The notes under the pieces are model-generated. The model saw nothing but the letters and a program-made list of their open reading frames with translations. It was not told where the DNA came from and did no database searches. Position numbers and translations under genes: made by a program. A stretch of 64,000 nucleotides of DNA from a bacterium (GTDB taxonomy: Bacteria > Zhuqueibacterota > Zhuqueibacteria > Residuimicrobiales > Krinioviventaceae), in assembly GCA_963693055.1 (NCBI GenBank), contig OY843751.1, positions 4,096,001 through 4,160,000 of the forward strand, written 5' to 3'. Positions 43,302 to 51,592 of this stretch are shown here, one piece after another (position 1 is the first letter of the stretch; each line of letters begins with the position of its first letter).

Positions 43302-43471
43302 GAAAATGGACCCTTTGGAGGCTCAAAAAATCGTTCCCGATATTTTATTTGCTGATAAACAACATCATCAATCCATGTCTCCCGTTCACGATCACGTTTT
43401 TGTTTATCGATATCCACCATTCCGGATACAATTGCGGAATCCAGAACCAATGGAGTTAATCTTTTTTGCAC
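43298..43471 (-). CDS. 57-aa ORF missing from the ORF track, at the tape-measure/chaperone position
   Basis: GTG...TGA, MQKRLTPLVLDSAIVSGMVDIDKQKRDRERETWIDDVVYQQIKYRERFFEPPKGPFS; fills the gap exactly and overlaps the next start as ATGA. Confidence 0.6.
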   Translation of the reverse strand: MQKRLTPLVLDSAIVSGMVDIDKQKRDRERETWIDDVVYQQIKYRERFFEPPKGPFS

Positions 43472-43480
43472 ATTCACCCC

Positions 43481-44278
43481 CTATTCTGTAATTAATTTTC
43501 CATATACCACACGAATATCTGCATTTGCTTGCGGTGGTGTATCAAACTGCAGTGTTTGGCCGTTCAACTCTAACCCGTCAGTCACATATCTGCCCCGAGT
43601 ACCTCCCGGCTGCGTAATGACCAGAGCCGCAATTGTAGTATGCGGCCAGCTTTCCGGAATATCAATATCCGCATTCAACAATTCCACAGGTTGCGTGGAT
43701 AGCTGAAATACTGTGGACGTACCATCCCCCGTAAAACGGTCAATTCGTAACTCCAGTCCCGCAGGTATCCGTAAAGGCATCCGGGTTGATGTAAAGGGAA
43801 TATCCATAAAATCACATCCATCAACAACCAACGTCCCCGGGGTGCCAAGCACAATTTCAGGAAATATCATACTACATTTGTGCTGTAACGTATCCGTTCG
43901 ATAAACAGCTTCCAGAGAACCTGCTACTCGCTTGTTCATAACCATAGGGTACAGGGCGGTTCCACTGGCAGCCAGATTCAGTCCGGCAGCCATGGACAAA
44001 AACACATCAGCACAACCTGTCAGCATTCGGATTGATCCCCCAAAAGCGTAATCAAAACCCAGTGGATGTGGCTCTTCATCCTCCACACAAAACACCTGCC
44101 TGACCTCTGCTGGAGTATAGGGCTCTGCTTTCATGCACTCTACTCCCTGCAAATACATTGGAGCAACGGGTAATGCTGCATCTCCGCTAGCTGGATGAAA
44201 TCGCAATAATATATTTTTGCCTTGCAGATATTGCTCTGGTCCTGGTGCCCGTAACCGCTCAGTTAATGACATAATCAT
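43481..44278 (-). CDS. Putative tail-tube-like protein with a C-terminal beta-sandwich extension
   Basis: Position after the neck genes; C-terminal 'FTGDGTSTVFQLS...LQFDTPPQANADIRVVY' module common in phage structural proteins. Confidence 0.5.
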   Translation of the reverse strand: MIMSLTERLRAPGPEQYLQGKNILLRFHPASGDAALPVAPMYLQGVECMKAEPYTPAEVRQVFCVEDEEPHPLGFDYAFGGSIRMLTGCADVFLSMAAGLNLAASGTALYPMVMNKRVAGSLEAVYRTDTLQHKCSMIFPEIVLGTPGTLVVDGCDFMDIPFTSTRMPLRIPAGLELRIDRFTGDGTSTVFQLSTQPVELLNADIDIPESWPHTTIAALVITQPGGTRGRYVTDGLELNGQTLQFDTPPQANADIRVVYGKLITE

Positions 44279-44772
44279 TCCCCCTGCCTGACATTCAATT
44301 CAATCCTGAATTTGCTGTGAATCATATCCCGATTTGCGTTATGCTCACGCACAGGCCCCTCACATTCTTTTACCCGAATTCCCTGGGTTATCAATGTTTG
44401 CGCACTGAGCAAAACTCCTTTTAGCTCTACGTTAAATGTTTGTGTATGCAAGCCAACAGGATCGGTAAAACAGGATAACAACTCGCTCAAAATCACCTGG
44501 TGCTCATCAATCCCCCCGCTTGCGGGATCATTCCACACGCCAATTGTCAACTCGAACAACAATAACGGTTCGCTGCCCAGATAATTCTGTCGTCCGTTCA
44601 AAATCGGTGTATTCACATAAATAACCGGACAATCCACATGGTCCTGAATATTTTTGTGATTGTAGCCGGCTTTAAATCGGCATCCGGCAATTGCTGTATT
44701 TCCTACAGCAAACGCTTTCAATAGCGCCATAAAACAGGATTGTATTTCTATCAAAACTCTGTCTCTATTCAT
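44275..44772 (-). CDS. Putative tail terminator / neck protein
   Basis: Synteny and size; 'PVIYV', 'FELTIGVW' beta motifs; ATG at 44772 after GGAG. Confidence 0.5.
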   Translation of the reverse strand: MNRDRVLIEIQSCFMALLKAFAVGNTAIAGCRFKAGYNHKNIQDHVDCPVIYVNTPILNGRQNYLGSEPLLLFELTIGVWNDPASGGIDEHQVILSELLSCFTDPVGLHTQTFNVELKGVLLSAQTLITQGIRVKECEGPVREHNANRDMIHSKFRIELNVRQGE

Positions 44773-44776
44773 ATGC

Positions 44777-45241
44777 CTACTCCTGACCCTGTATTTGACG
44801 AAGAATTGCAAACTGGGCCACTTTTTCATCCGATGACAAAATCTCACTTTGCTTTAATCGATAGCGGCAGCCATTGTATTCAAAATAATCGTTCAACAGG
44901 TCCAGTGTATTTAAATCCAGAAAAGCACCATCCACTGTATTCACCGTTCCAATGATCATCATGTCTCTGGCAGTTACATTGCCCACAACCTGAAATTGTA
45001 CAAAAGTTTTCACCATGGTATAGTTGAATACAAAGGCCTTGATGGACAATTCAGAAACAACTGTCCCTGTCCGTCCAATACTCTCACAATCCGTATCATC
45101 AGGGTGATTGCGATGCCATTCAGGCGAGTAAACCCCGGTCTTTTCCGTACAGGGACAATCACTGCCGCCCACATGCCGGACCAGTGTCAAGTCGGTACCA
45201 TAACGCAATACATCCTGACAAAATAATTGATGATCAGTCAT
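44777..45241 (-). CDS. Putative head-closure (stopper) protein with a CPC...C motif
   Basis: 'YGTDLTLVR', 'CPC', 'DYFEYNGCRYRL' resemble head-closure proteins; synteny. Confidence 0.55.
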   Translation of the reverse strand: MTDHQLFCQDVLRYGTDLTLVRHVGGSDCPCTEKTGVYSPEWHRNHPDDTDCESIGRTGTVVSELSIKAFVFNYTMVKTFVQFQVVGNVTARDMMIIGTVNTVDGAFLDLNTLDLLNDYFEYNGCRYRLKQSEILSSDEKVAQFAILRQIQGQE

Positions 45242-45647
45242 ATTTGCTTCCCCCAAACGATCCGCTCCACCACGGACCCTGCTCTGAACATCCCAGCAAA
45301 TTCAGATAACGCTGCCATTCCTCCATCAGCGTTTGACAGATTTGTTCCTTTTCTTGTGCGGAAACCGGTTTTATCTCTACAGGACCGCTTTTACTGCCTC
45401 TGACCGGAGCTGAACTGACAACCTTGTGCGCAACAAAAGCAACTTGTGCCGCTTTTGCCAGCACCAACTCTGACGCAGTCAATCCAGACAGTTCCAGTCC
45501 GTTTTTATCCAGAACCAATTCCAGCCAGGCATCCCCCGCTGGAATAAATGCGGTACCCGCAAGTACCTGATCCGACACCTCCAGCTCCGTCATTGTCCGT
45601 AACCTTGCTCTTACATCCGCTGCTGTAATATTTGCCATATTGTTCAC
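45234..45647 (-). CDS. Putative head-tail connector (adaptor) protein
   Basis: Immediately after the major capsid gene; 'ITAADVRARL', helical body with a 'GSKSGPVEI' beta hairpin. Confidence 0.6.
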   Translation of the reverse strand: MNNMANITAADVRARLRTMTELEVSDQVLAGTAFIPAGDAWLELVLDKNGLELSGLTASELVLAKAAQVAFVAHKVVSSAPVRGSKSGPVEIKPVSAQEKEQICQTLMEEWQRYLNLLGCSEQGPWWSGSFGGSKYD

Positions 45648-45660
45648 CTGTATAAATAAT

Positions 45661-45684
45661 AGGGACGGACGACCGACCGTCCCT
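45661..45684 (-). terminator. Hairpin after the major capsid gene (attenuator or mRNA stabiliser)
   Basis: agggacgg-N8-ccgtccct perfect stem with a weak U-tract. Confidence 0.6.
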
Positions 45685-45698
45685 GCAAAATGAAAGGA

Positions 45699-46799
45699 TT
45701 AACTGTGCTCAACCTCAAGACAGCCAATAGCTTGTGGATCGATCACATCAAAAGCGCTTCGTTTCGATACTACGGTTCTGACCTGCTGCTTGGCGATGAT
45801 TCGTTCGGTTTCGGTCAGGTTCATACTGTCATTGGTCACATACCCAATTGCATGTGCGGTATCTACTCCCACCAGTTTGTCCGAAGGAACAATATCCCTG
45901 TCCCATTCCACACCCCGTGGCAGAATCATACCGGTTTGTCCCCATTGCGCAACCGGATTCTGCATATCAGACAATGCATCTCTAAAATCGATCATATTGC
46001 TCTTGCGACCCACAAACGCGTTCAAGGCATATGGCTGCGGCAATGCGGATGCAAAGGTAATGATGTCTTTTTTCACAATACTTCCACTGGTTGCCGTCTG
46101 GCAGGTCTGCTCAGCTTTTAAACCATTATTGTTACCATCACCGTTCAGCAAGGCATTCACAAGCGCGTCCGATTCATCAAGACCAATCTGTTTACCAATT
46201 CGCTGCAATGCAACCGCATAAATGTTGATTGGTGTTGCATAAATCACTTCATAATCGAATAATATATTACGACCAAATTTCGCCAGCGAGATACTCTGTT
46301 TGCCGGCCTTGATCTGGGTCTGTGGAAACTCTGCGCCCCGTGCCGTTTTTTTCAACTCTCGCGATGCCTGACTGTCTTCAAGATACAACTTGCGGAAATC
46401 CAGTCCTGTAATGACCGAAGTCACCGCGGCAAACTCGGGTACAATAGATGCCGCCAAAGCCCCCGCGTAAACGCGATTCGAAATAAATTCCGGAAACAGT
46501 ACGCTGGTATCCGCACTCTGGAAAAACTTTTCCACGCGGTCCGTATGCATACCAAATGCTTTGATATCATGCGCCTGTAATTCCATCTCAAATGCCGACA
46601 ACGGCGGGTCTTCTCCTTTGCGAAGGTATGAGAGCCGCTTTAATTCCTTTTCATAATTGGCAAGCCCCCAATACTCACTAGGCTGCTCACCCTTTTCTAC
46701 GCGGTACTCTTCAAGCCATTCACCAAAGGATTTACCCCGCCGTGCGGCTTCATCGTACATCCCGATTTCAAGTTTTAATGCCATGTAAATTCTCCCCAA
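45699..46799 (-). CDS. Phage major capsid protein (HK97-like fold)
   Basis: 'VEKFFQSADTSVLFPEFI', 'RGAEFP', 'LAKFGRNILFDYE', 'ETERIIAKQ...VVS...F'; position in the head module. Confidence 0.85.
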   Translation of the reverse strand: MGRIYMALKLEIGMYDEAARRGKSFGEWLEEYRVEKGEQPSEYWGLANYEKELKRLSYLRKGEDPPLSAFEMELQAHDIKAFGMHTDRVEKFFQSADTSVLFPEFISNRVYAGALAASIVPEFAAVTSVITGLDFRKLYLEDSQASRELKKTARGAEFPQTQIKAGKQSISLAKFGRNILFDYEVIYATPINIYAVALQRIGKQIGLDESDALVNALLNGDGNNNGLKAEQTCQTATSGSIVKKDIITFASALPQPYALNAFVGRKSNMIDFRDALSDMQNPVAQWGQTGMILPRGVEWDRDIVPSDKLVGVDTAHAIGYVTNDSMNLTETERIIAKQQVRTVVSKRSAFDVIDPQAIGCLEVEHS

Positions 46800-46809
46800 T
46801 TTGATTTAA

Positions 46810-47256
46810 TTAAAACAAAACATCCACAGTTTGTGTGTCCTGATGTTTGGCAACCACGGCTCCCCAGCCGCCGGTGCCGCCATCCGCCATATACGTATAG
46901 TCATCTCCGGCAATCGCTACTGCGTCTTTCAAGCCAACAAGCCCTGAATATTTCAGGCTTTTAACCAGAACAGGTGTATGGTGGCCACCCACATCATCTG
47001 TATAATGGAACATTCTCACACCCAGCAGATACCCAAATTCATTGTCCTTTTCACAGGTAATGATCTCACCATCCGCAACATCGCCGCTTGCAGGACTCGT
47101 GACCTCGTAATTGTTCACCCAGGTCAGTTTTACCAGCCGGCCTTCTACATTTTCATTATTTGCCATCAGAGTGGTAATCTCGTCTTTAAAAGTGCTGTCA
47201 GGCACACAGCTAAGCTCTAAAAAATTACCAGTGTCTCCCCCGCCTATTCCTCTCAT
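46810..47256 (-). CDS. Putative head decoration/cement protein
   Basis: 148-aa beta-rich protein between the protease and capsid genes, ending 'TQTVDVLF'. Confidence 0.6.
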   Translation of the reverse strand: MRGIGGGDTGNFLELSCVPDSTFKDEITTLMANNENVEGRLVKLTWVNNYEVTSPASGDVADGEIITCEKDNEFGYLLGVRMFHYTDDVGGHHTPVLVKSLKYSGLVGLKDAVAIAGDDYTYMADGGTGGWGAVVAKHQDTQTVDVLF

Positions 47257-47277
47257 TATGTTCCTCCTTGATTAAAA

Positions 47278-48450
47278 TTAGGATTGTATGCTGACCGGTG
47301 CCCGAAAAGACCGACTATGCTTTTGGGCCAAATCAGTACTGAATTGATTAAATTCCTGCAAATCCTCTGTCAACATATGTTGATGGGGATGTTTCGCCTC
47401 AAATGCTTTTCTGGAATCCGATACACATTTCTTCAGCTCCTCCAGAGAAAGCGATTCCAGGTTCTGTTTTTCTGCTTCAATATAATCGGGATCATCTCCA
47501 ATCTCCCCAGCCAAACAAGCAAATTTAACCGTCTCTTTGATCAGCGACTGTCTTTCAGGATCATTCATTGGTGTTGCCTTGTCCGGTGTATTTTCTGCAT
47601 CCGTTTTTGTAGCGATTGATTTTCGGGTCCGTGCACCATACTGTGCTCCCAGAAACACATGCGAACCTTCAAGCGCTTCAGCTTCCCGGGTTTCCGTGTT
47701 GCGATATTCCCACCATAAGATCTTGTCCCCATTGCCCGATTTAACCGGTATCAGCTCCGGTGCTCGAAATCCAATACTCATGTCCGAAATAATTCCCGAA
47801 TCGATCTTGCGGATTTTCTCCTCATCATCCGCCAGTAGATAATAACTGGCAACCAGCCAATACAAGCCATTATCTGTTTCCGAGATCTTTTTGTACTGTT
47901 CTTTCAGATCTGCACTGCAATGCGGCCCTGCCAATTTCATCATTTCATCGGCACCAACTTTTTGTAATCGCGATTTAAAATAACGCCCTTCACCGGTTCC
48001 TTCCCAGTCATGCCCGGTCAACACCGCCTTGCCAATGATGGTTTTCTCGAACGATTTTAACACCTCCATGCTGAACCGTTCCCCGTCACGGTCCACAACA
48101 TTGTGACACAGCCAGGCCTCATATACACGAAAATCTTTGCGTTCAAAGGATGATGCATTCACCATCAGCTTACACATTGCATCCCAATCTTCATCACCAA
48201 TCTCTACCGATTTGGTATGAACACTGAAATGTTTCTGTATACCTGCCTGAATGTCAAAAGATTTTACCCGGCTCAATCGATAAAAACGCTGTTCACAATC
48301 TGCCCAGCTCCCATATGCTTTGGCAGGAAACCTTACCTCGGTCCGTCCGGTCTCGGGATGTTTGCGACTATCCAGAAATCCTGCTGGGACCTGTTCAGTC
48401 TCGTCCAAAACGCCATAGTAATACAACCTGCTTTTTCTTAAAAATTGCAT
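47278..48450 (-). CDS. Prohead maturation protease with C-terminal scaffold-like region
   Basis: 'CHNVVDRDGERFS', 'LTGHDW', 'DMSIGF', 'LEGSHVFLGAQYGA' (assemblin/HK97-type His/Ser motifs); helical acidic C-terminus. Confidence 0.8.
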   Translation of the reverse strand: MQFLRKSRLYYYGVLDETEQVPAGFLDSRKHPETGRTEVRFPAKAYGSWADCEQRFYRLSRVKSFDIQAGIQKHFSVHTKSVEIGDEDWDAMCKLMVNASSFERKDFRVYEAWLCHNVVDRDGERFSMEVLKSFEKTIIGKAVLTGHDWEGTGEGRYFKSRLQKVGADEMMKLAGPHCSADLKEQYKKISETDNGLYWLVASYYLLADDEEKIRKIDSGIISDMSIGFRAPELIPVKSGNGDKILWWEYRNTETREAEALEGSHVFLGAQYGARTRKSIATKTDAENTPDKATPMNDPERQSLIKETVKFACLAGEIGDDPDYIEAEKQNLESLSLEELKKCVSDSRKAFEAKHPHQHMLTEDLQEFNQFSTDLAQKHSRSFRAPVSIQS

Positions 48451-48565
48451 ATTCCCTCTTTTATTTATTAAAAATGCGTTAAAACACGTTTCATGCTAAA
48501 TCAATTTTCAATGAATTGGAGTGCATCGCGTTTATGCGCTTGACCGCCTACTGGCGGTATGCGGC

Positions 48566-48685
48566 GTGTCCTAGACTCGCTAAAAGCCACACCTTCCTCT
48601 CCAATCCCATCCAATCCGCAGATGTTTACACAATGTCTAATCTAAAATATCTGCATAAAACGGATGATCAAAGGGTCTAGGACAC
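48566..48685. other. 120-bp structured element bounded by an 11-bp perfect inverted repeat (candidate ncRNA)
   Basis: gtgtcctagac (48566-48576) / gtctaggacac (48675-48685) enclosing inner stems atccg/cggat and gcagat/atctgc. Confidence 0.45.
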
Positions 48686-48695
48686 AATCCCCCAC

Positions 48696-48848
48696 TCAAA
48701 CCGATAAAGATTTTTTCACCTTTCCCTTGACGCCTTCCACCCCCATCTCTTTGAACCGCTGACTCCCATCACCACAATGGATCTTGCCAAATTTCTCCAA
48801 TCGACCGTATTTATTGCCTCTCGGATTAATTACCTTTTGATTTTGCAT
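48696..48848 (-). CDS. 50-aa basic ORF missing from the ORF track, directly after the portal gene
   Basis: AAGGGGA RBS + ATG; MQNQKVINPRGNKYGRLEKFGKIHCGDGSQRFKEMGVEGVKGKVKKSLSV. Confidence 0.45.
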   Translation of the reverse strand: MQNQKVINPRGNKYGRLEKFGKIHCGDGSQRFKEMGVEGVKGKVKKSLSV

Positions 48849-48887
48849 AAAACATCCCCTTGTATAAATGATTATCCCCTTGAACTG

Positions 48888-50249
48888 CTACGAATCTAAC
48901 AGAATCTGTCTTGCTTCTTTAACCGCTCCGTATGCCTTGCTGCCATTGGCAATCCGGTTCAATACCTCTTCTACACGCGTCACCCCCTGTAATGTTTTCC
49001 CCGGAAAAAAAGGACCGTTTCGCACCAGATGCACAAACTCTTCATCATCAATCATCCCCATATCATACATCCGTTCAAAGGCGCCCAACTCTTTATCCAG
49101 CGCTTGTGCGTTCAAGAGTCTTGCACGGGCCTGTTCCGTTTTGTCCATTAGATTGACTTCCCGCCACTCCAGGTCCCACTGTGCCCCTGCTTCGCCCTGC
49201 AGAACCAGAAACGTATTGATCACCCGCCTCAAAATCGGTTCTACCTTGGTCCGGTACGCATTGATATTCGCCACAATCATATCATTCTGGTTGTTACTCA
49301 TGCGCTCGGTTGTGGTCCATTTATACAAGCCAAACATAAATGGCGGCAGCCCGGTCTTGGTAATGATCTCCTCCTGCATCACATGTACCGGTACCTGAAG
49401 ATTTAGCACAGGCTCCTGTCCCCCCAACACCTGCACATCTATCCCGGCACCTTCCGGCACTGCCGCCGCAACATCCCGCACATGCCCCTGTTTGCGGTCC
49501 TGAAAAACACGGGTAATATCGCTTTGTAATCCTTCTGCCGCCTGTTTAACCCGATTAAAATCGCTGCCCCTTCCGCCACTCACTTTGACCAGAAATGTGG
49601 GGTCCCCAACCCGCCATACCTGGTTCTCTATGGCCTGCTGAATGCGTAAAAAAATCTTGACCACAAAGGGCAGCGAGTAAAACAGACTGTACCCCTGCGG
49701 GTGCCCGTCCCGTTGGTCAAAACACAGGTAATAGATAAATTCCGGATCATCAAACGGCAGAATATTCAACTCGGAATCCGTCAACTGTCCCAGTTTCAAC
49801 GTCCCGTCACGCTCCACAAAACGAAAACTGTTGGCGCGCGCAATTTTCAACCGGTCTACACCATTATAATCCGTGTTCGGCACCAATTCTCCGAAACCCA
49901 TGCCTTTTGCCAATGCGGAATCACAAATCTGGTCCACCCAGGTATTCAATCCCCGGTTAAAATGATTGACCTTGACATCCCCTTTGAATGCATTCAGCAG
50001 TTTTTCGATACGTGGATTCGGTGAAGATAACCGAAAATCCCCAATCAAACGCACCAGTTTGATCACCGCCACATCCAGTATCGGTACGGCCTCGCGCATC
50101 AGATCGTATAAATCCATATTGAATTGTAGCGGTTGATATCCCCTCAGCGCAGTCGCAAAAGGCCCCTCCCACGCGTCACGGGTTTGCGCCCGGCTGATCT
50201 TGACCTGCTGTGTATCCTCACCAAACCATACTTTAAACGGATTTTTCAT
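48888..50249 (-). CDS. Phage portal protein
   Basis: 'LYDLMREAVPILDVAV.KLVRLIG', 'GMGFGELV', 'HPQGYSL', 'IITKTGLPPFMFGL...TTERMS'; first gene of the head module. Confidence 0.85.
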   Translation of the reverse strand: MKNPFKVWFGEDTQQVKISRAQTRDAWEGPFATALRGYQPLQFNMDLYDLMREAVPILDVAVIKLVRLIGDFRLSSPNPRIEKLLNAFKGDVKVNHFNRGLNTWVDQICDSALAKGMGFGELVPNTDYNGVDRLKIARANSFRFVERDGTLKLGQLTDSELNILPFDDPEFIYYLCFDQRDGHPQGYSLFYSLPFVVKIFLRIQQAIENQVWRVGDPTFLVKVSGGRGSDFNRVKQAAEGLQSDITRVFQDRKQGHVRDVAAAVPEGAGIDVQVLGGQEPVLNLQVPVHVMQEEIITKTGLPPFMFGLYKWTTTERMSNNQNDMIVANINAYRTKVEPILRRVINTFLVLQGEAGAQWDLEWREVNLMDKTEQARARLLNAQALDKELGAFERMYDMGMIDDEEFVHLVRNGPFFPGKTLQGVTRVEEVLNRIANGSKAYGAVKEARQILLDS

Positions 50250-50356
50250 TTCATCTCCCCTCTGTAAATCACAATCAAAAGATAAACGAAAATCCTGAAA
50301 ATCAAAGCAACATTGGGTAACTTACACAACGCAGAAACAAAAAAAATGCTCCTAAC

Positions 50357-50466
50357 GTAAGGGCGGACCTGTGTGTCCGCCCCAGACACAATCTCAACAC
50401 GATGTAGAGTGTTTCAAATCACCAGCAGCTCTGCCCCTTCGTAAGGGCGGACCTGCGTGTCCGCCC
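50357..50466 (+). repeat. Two REP-like palindromes (GTAAGGGCGGACCTGYGTGTCCGCCC)
   Basis: Direct copies at 50357-50382 and 50441-50466 differing by one base; each has a gggcggac/gtccgccc stem preceded by a GTAG-like GTAA. Confidence 0.75.
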
Positions 50467-50542
50467 TGGTACTACCCACCCTGGTTCCAGGGCTCTGCCC
50501 TGGAATCCTTTTTTCACATAACTACAAATATCAAAAAAATCC

Positions 50543-50605
50543 TTGACAAATGTTCAAAAAATTACTACGTTCATTATAAATGAACATCTAAAAATATTGA
50601 ACATT
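50543..50605 (+). promoter_or_regulatory. Sigma70 promoter with nested inverted-repeat operator for the AbiE operon
   Basis: TTGACA-17bp-TACGTT; IRs gttcatt/aatgaac (50569-50585) and aatgttcaa/ttgaacatt (50549-50605). Confidence 0.65.
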
Positions 50606-51592
50606 ATGCAAAAATTACAACACATCATACAAAACCTGAATACGATCTTTGCCCATGACATAGAACTCAGGCTGGTAGAAAATAATAACTCTCCGCAACT
50701 GGATTTGATCGTCAATCAAAAACCTATACGATTTTCAATCGAATTCAAAACGACTATTAACCGCTCACTGATCACAATATTAAAACATCAAAAGCAGCAA
50801 CACCAAACACCGTTTCTGCTCATAACCCCCTATGTCAATCCCGTTCTGGCAAAAGAATTAAAACAACAGGAAATCCAGTTTATGGATACTGCGGGTAATG
50901 CATATATTAACCAAACACCGCTCTATATTTATATACAGGGCAACAAATTGCCCAATTTACCCAACACCACCACAAGGCGGTTATTCAAACCTGCAGGCCT
51001 CAAAGTCCTCTTTGCCCTTTTGACCGTACCTGAACTAGTGAACAAGCCTTATCGTGAAATAGCAAAAACTGCGCAAGTTTCTTTAGGCACATTAACCTGG
51101 GTAATGAACGATCTTGTTGAATTGGGCTATCTCATTGACCTGGGCAAAAAGGGTAAAAAACTGATCAACATGCAAAGACTAGTGGAAAAATGGTGTTCAG
51201 AATACAATCAGACCCTCAAACCCAGGCTCATAATTGATAGATTCAATGGTCCAGAAAACTGGTGGCAGCAGCTTAATCCGGTTCAACATAATGCACAATG
51301 GGGTGGCGAAGTGGCAGCAGCATTACTGACCCAATATCTGAAACCTGTAAACACCTTGCTGTATCTAAACGACATGAATTACAGCAAGATCATACAACAG
51401 AATCACTTATATCAGGATAAAAATGGGAATACGCTTTTCATCCAGTATCCCATTAACATCCAACCTGTTGATAAAACGGTTCACCCGTTATTAATCTATG
51501 CGGATCTGTTGGATACAACCGATCCCAGAAGTATGGAAACCGCAAAGGTAATCTATGACCAGTACATCGTTCAACTTGTCGGGGAAAATTGA
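50606..51592 (+). CDS. Type IV toxin-antitoxin antitoxin, AbiEi family (wHTH)
   Basis: 'FMDTAGNAYI', wHTH 'YREIAKTAQVSLGT', 'WGGEVAAA.LT.YLKP', 'VHPLLIYADL....DPR..ETA'. Confidence 0.85.
   Translation: MQKLQHIIQNLNTIFAHDIELRLVENNNSPQLDLIVNQKPIRFSIEFKTTINRSLITILKHQKQQHQTPFLLITPYVNPVLAKELKQQEIQFMDTAGNAYINQTPLYIYIQGNKLPNLPNTTTRRLFKPAGLKVLFALLTVPELVNKPYREIAKTAQVSLGTLTWVMNDLVELGYLIDLGKKGKKLINMQRLVEKWCSEYNQTLKPRLIIDRFNGPENWWQQLNPVQHNAQWGGEVAAALLTQYLKPVNTLLYLNDMNYSKIIQQNHLYQDKNGNTLFIQYPINIQPVDKTVHPLLIYADLLDTTDPRSMETAKVIYDQYIVQLVGEN

Larger units (their letters stand above)
38960..50249 (-). mobile_element. Phage-derived head-neck-tail operon without integration, replication or packaging genes (GTA-like / domesticated prophage candidate)
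   Basis: Canonical order: portal, protease, decoration, major capsid, adaptor, closure, terminator, tube, tail proteins, holin-like. All genes co-oriented and mostly translationally coupled. Confidence 0.8.

Noticed and set aside
39539-44772. Tailocin / contractile injection system
   Set aside because: No sheath, baseplate wedge or VgrG/PAAR-like genes were recognised, and a full head module is present.
45699-46799. Encapsulin nanocompartment
   Set aside because: The capsid gene comes with portal, protease and neck genes, and no cargo enzyme is adjacent.
48566-48685. Retron msr-msd ncRNA
   Set aside because: The IR-bounded structure is superficially similar, but no reverse transcriptase is encoded in the window.
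38960-50249. Complete inducible prophage
   Set aside because: No integrase, repressor, replication, terminase or endolysin genes and no att-like flanking repeats were seen; about 11 kb only.
50357-50466. CRISPR array
   Set aside because: Only two palindromic copies 58 bp apart and no cas genes; fits REP-like repeats better.
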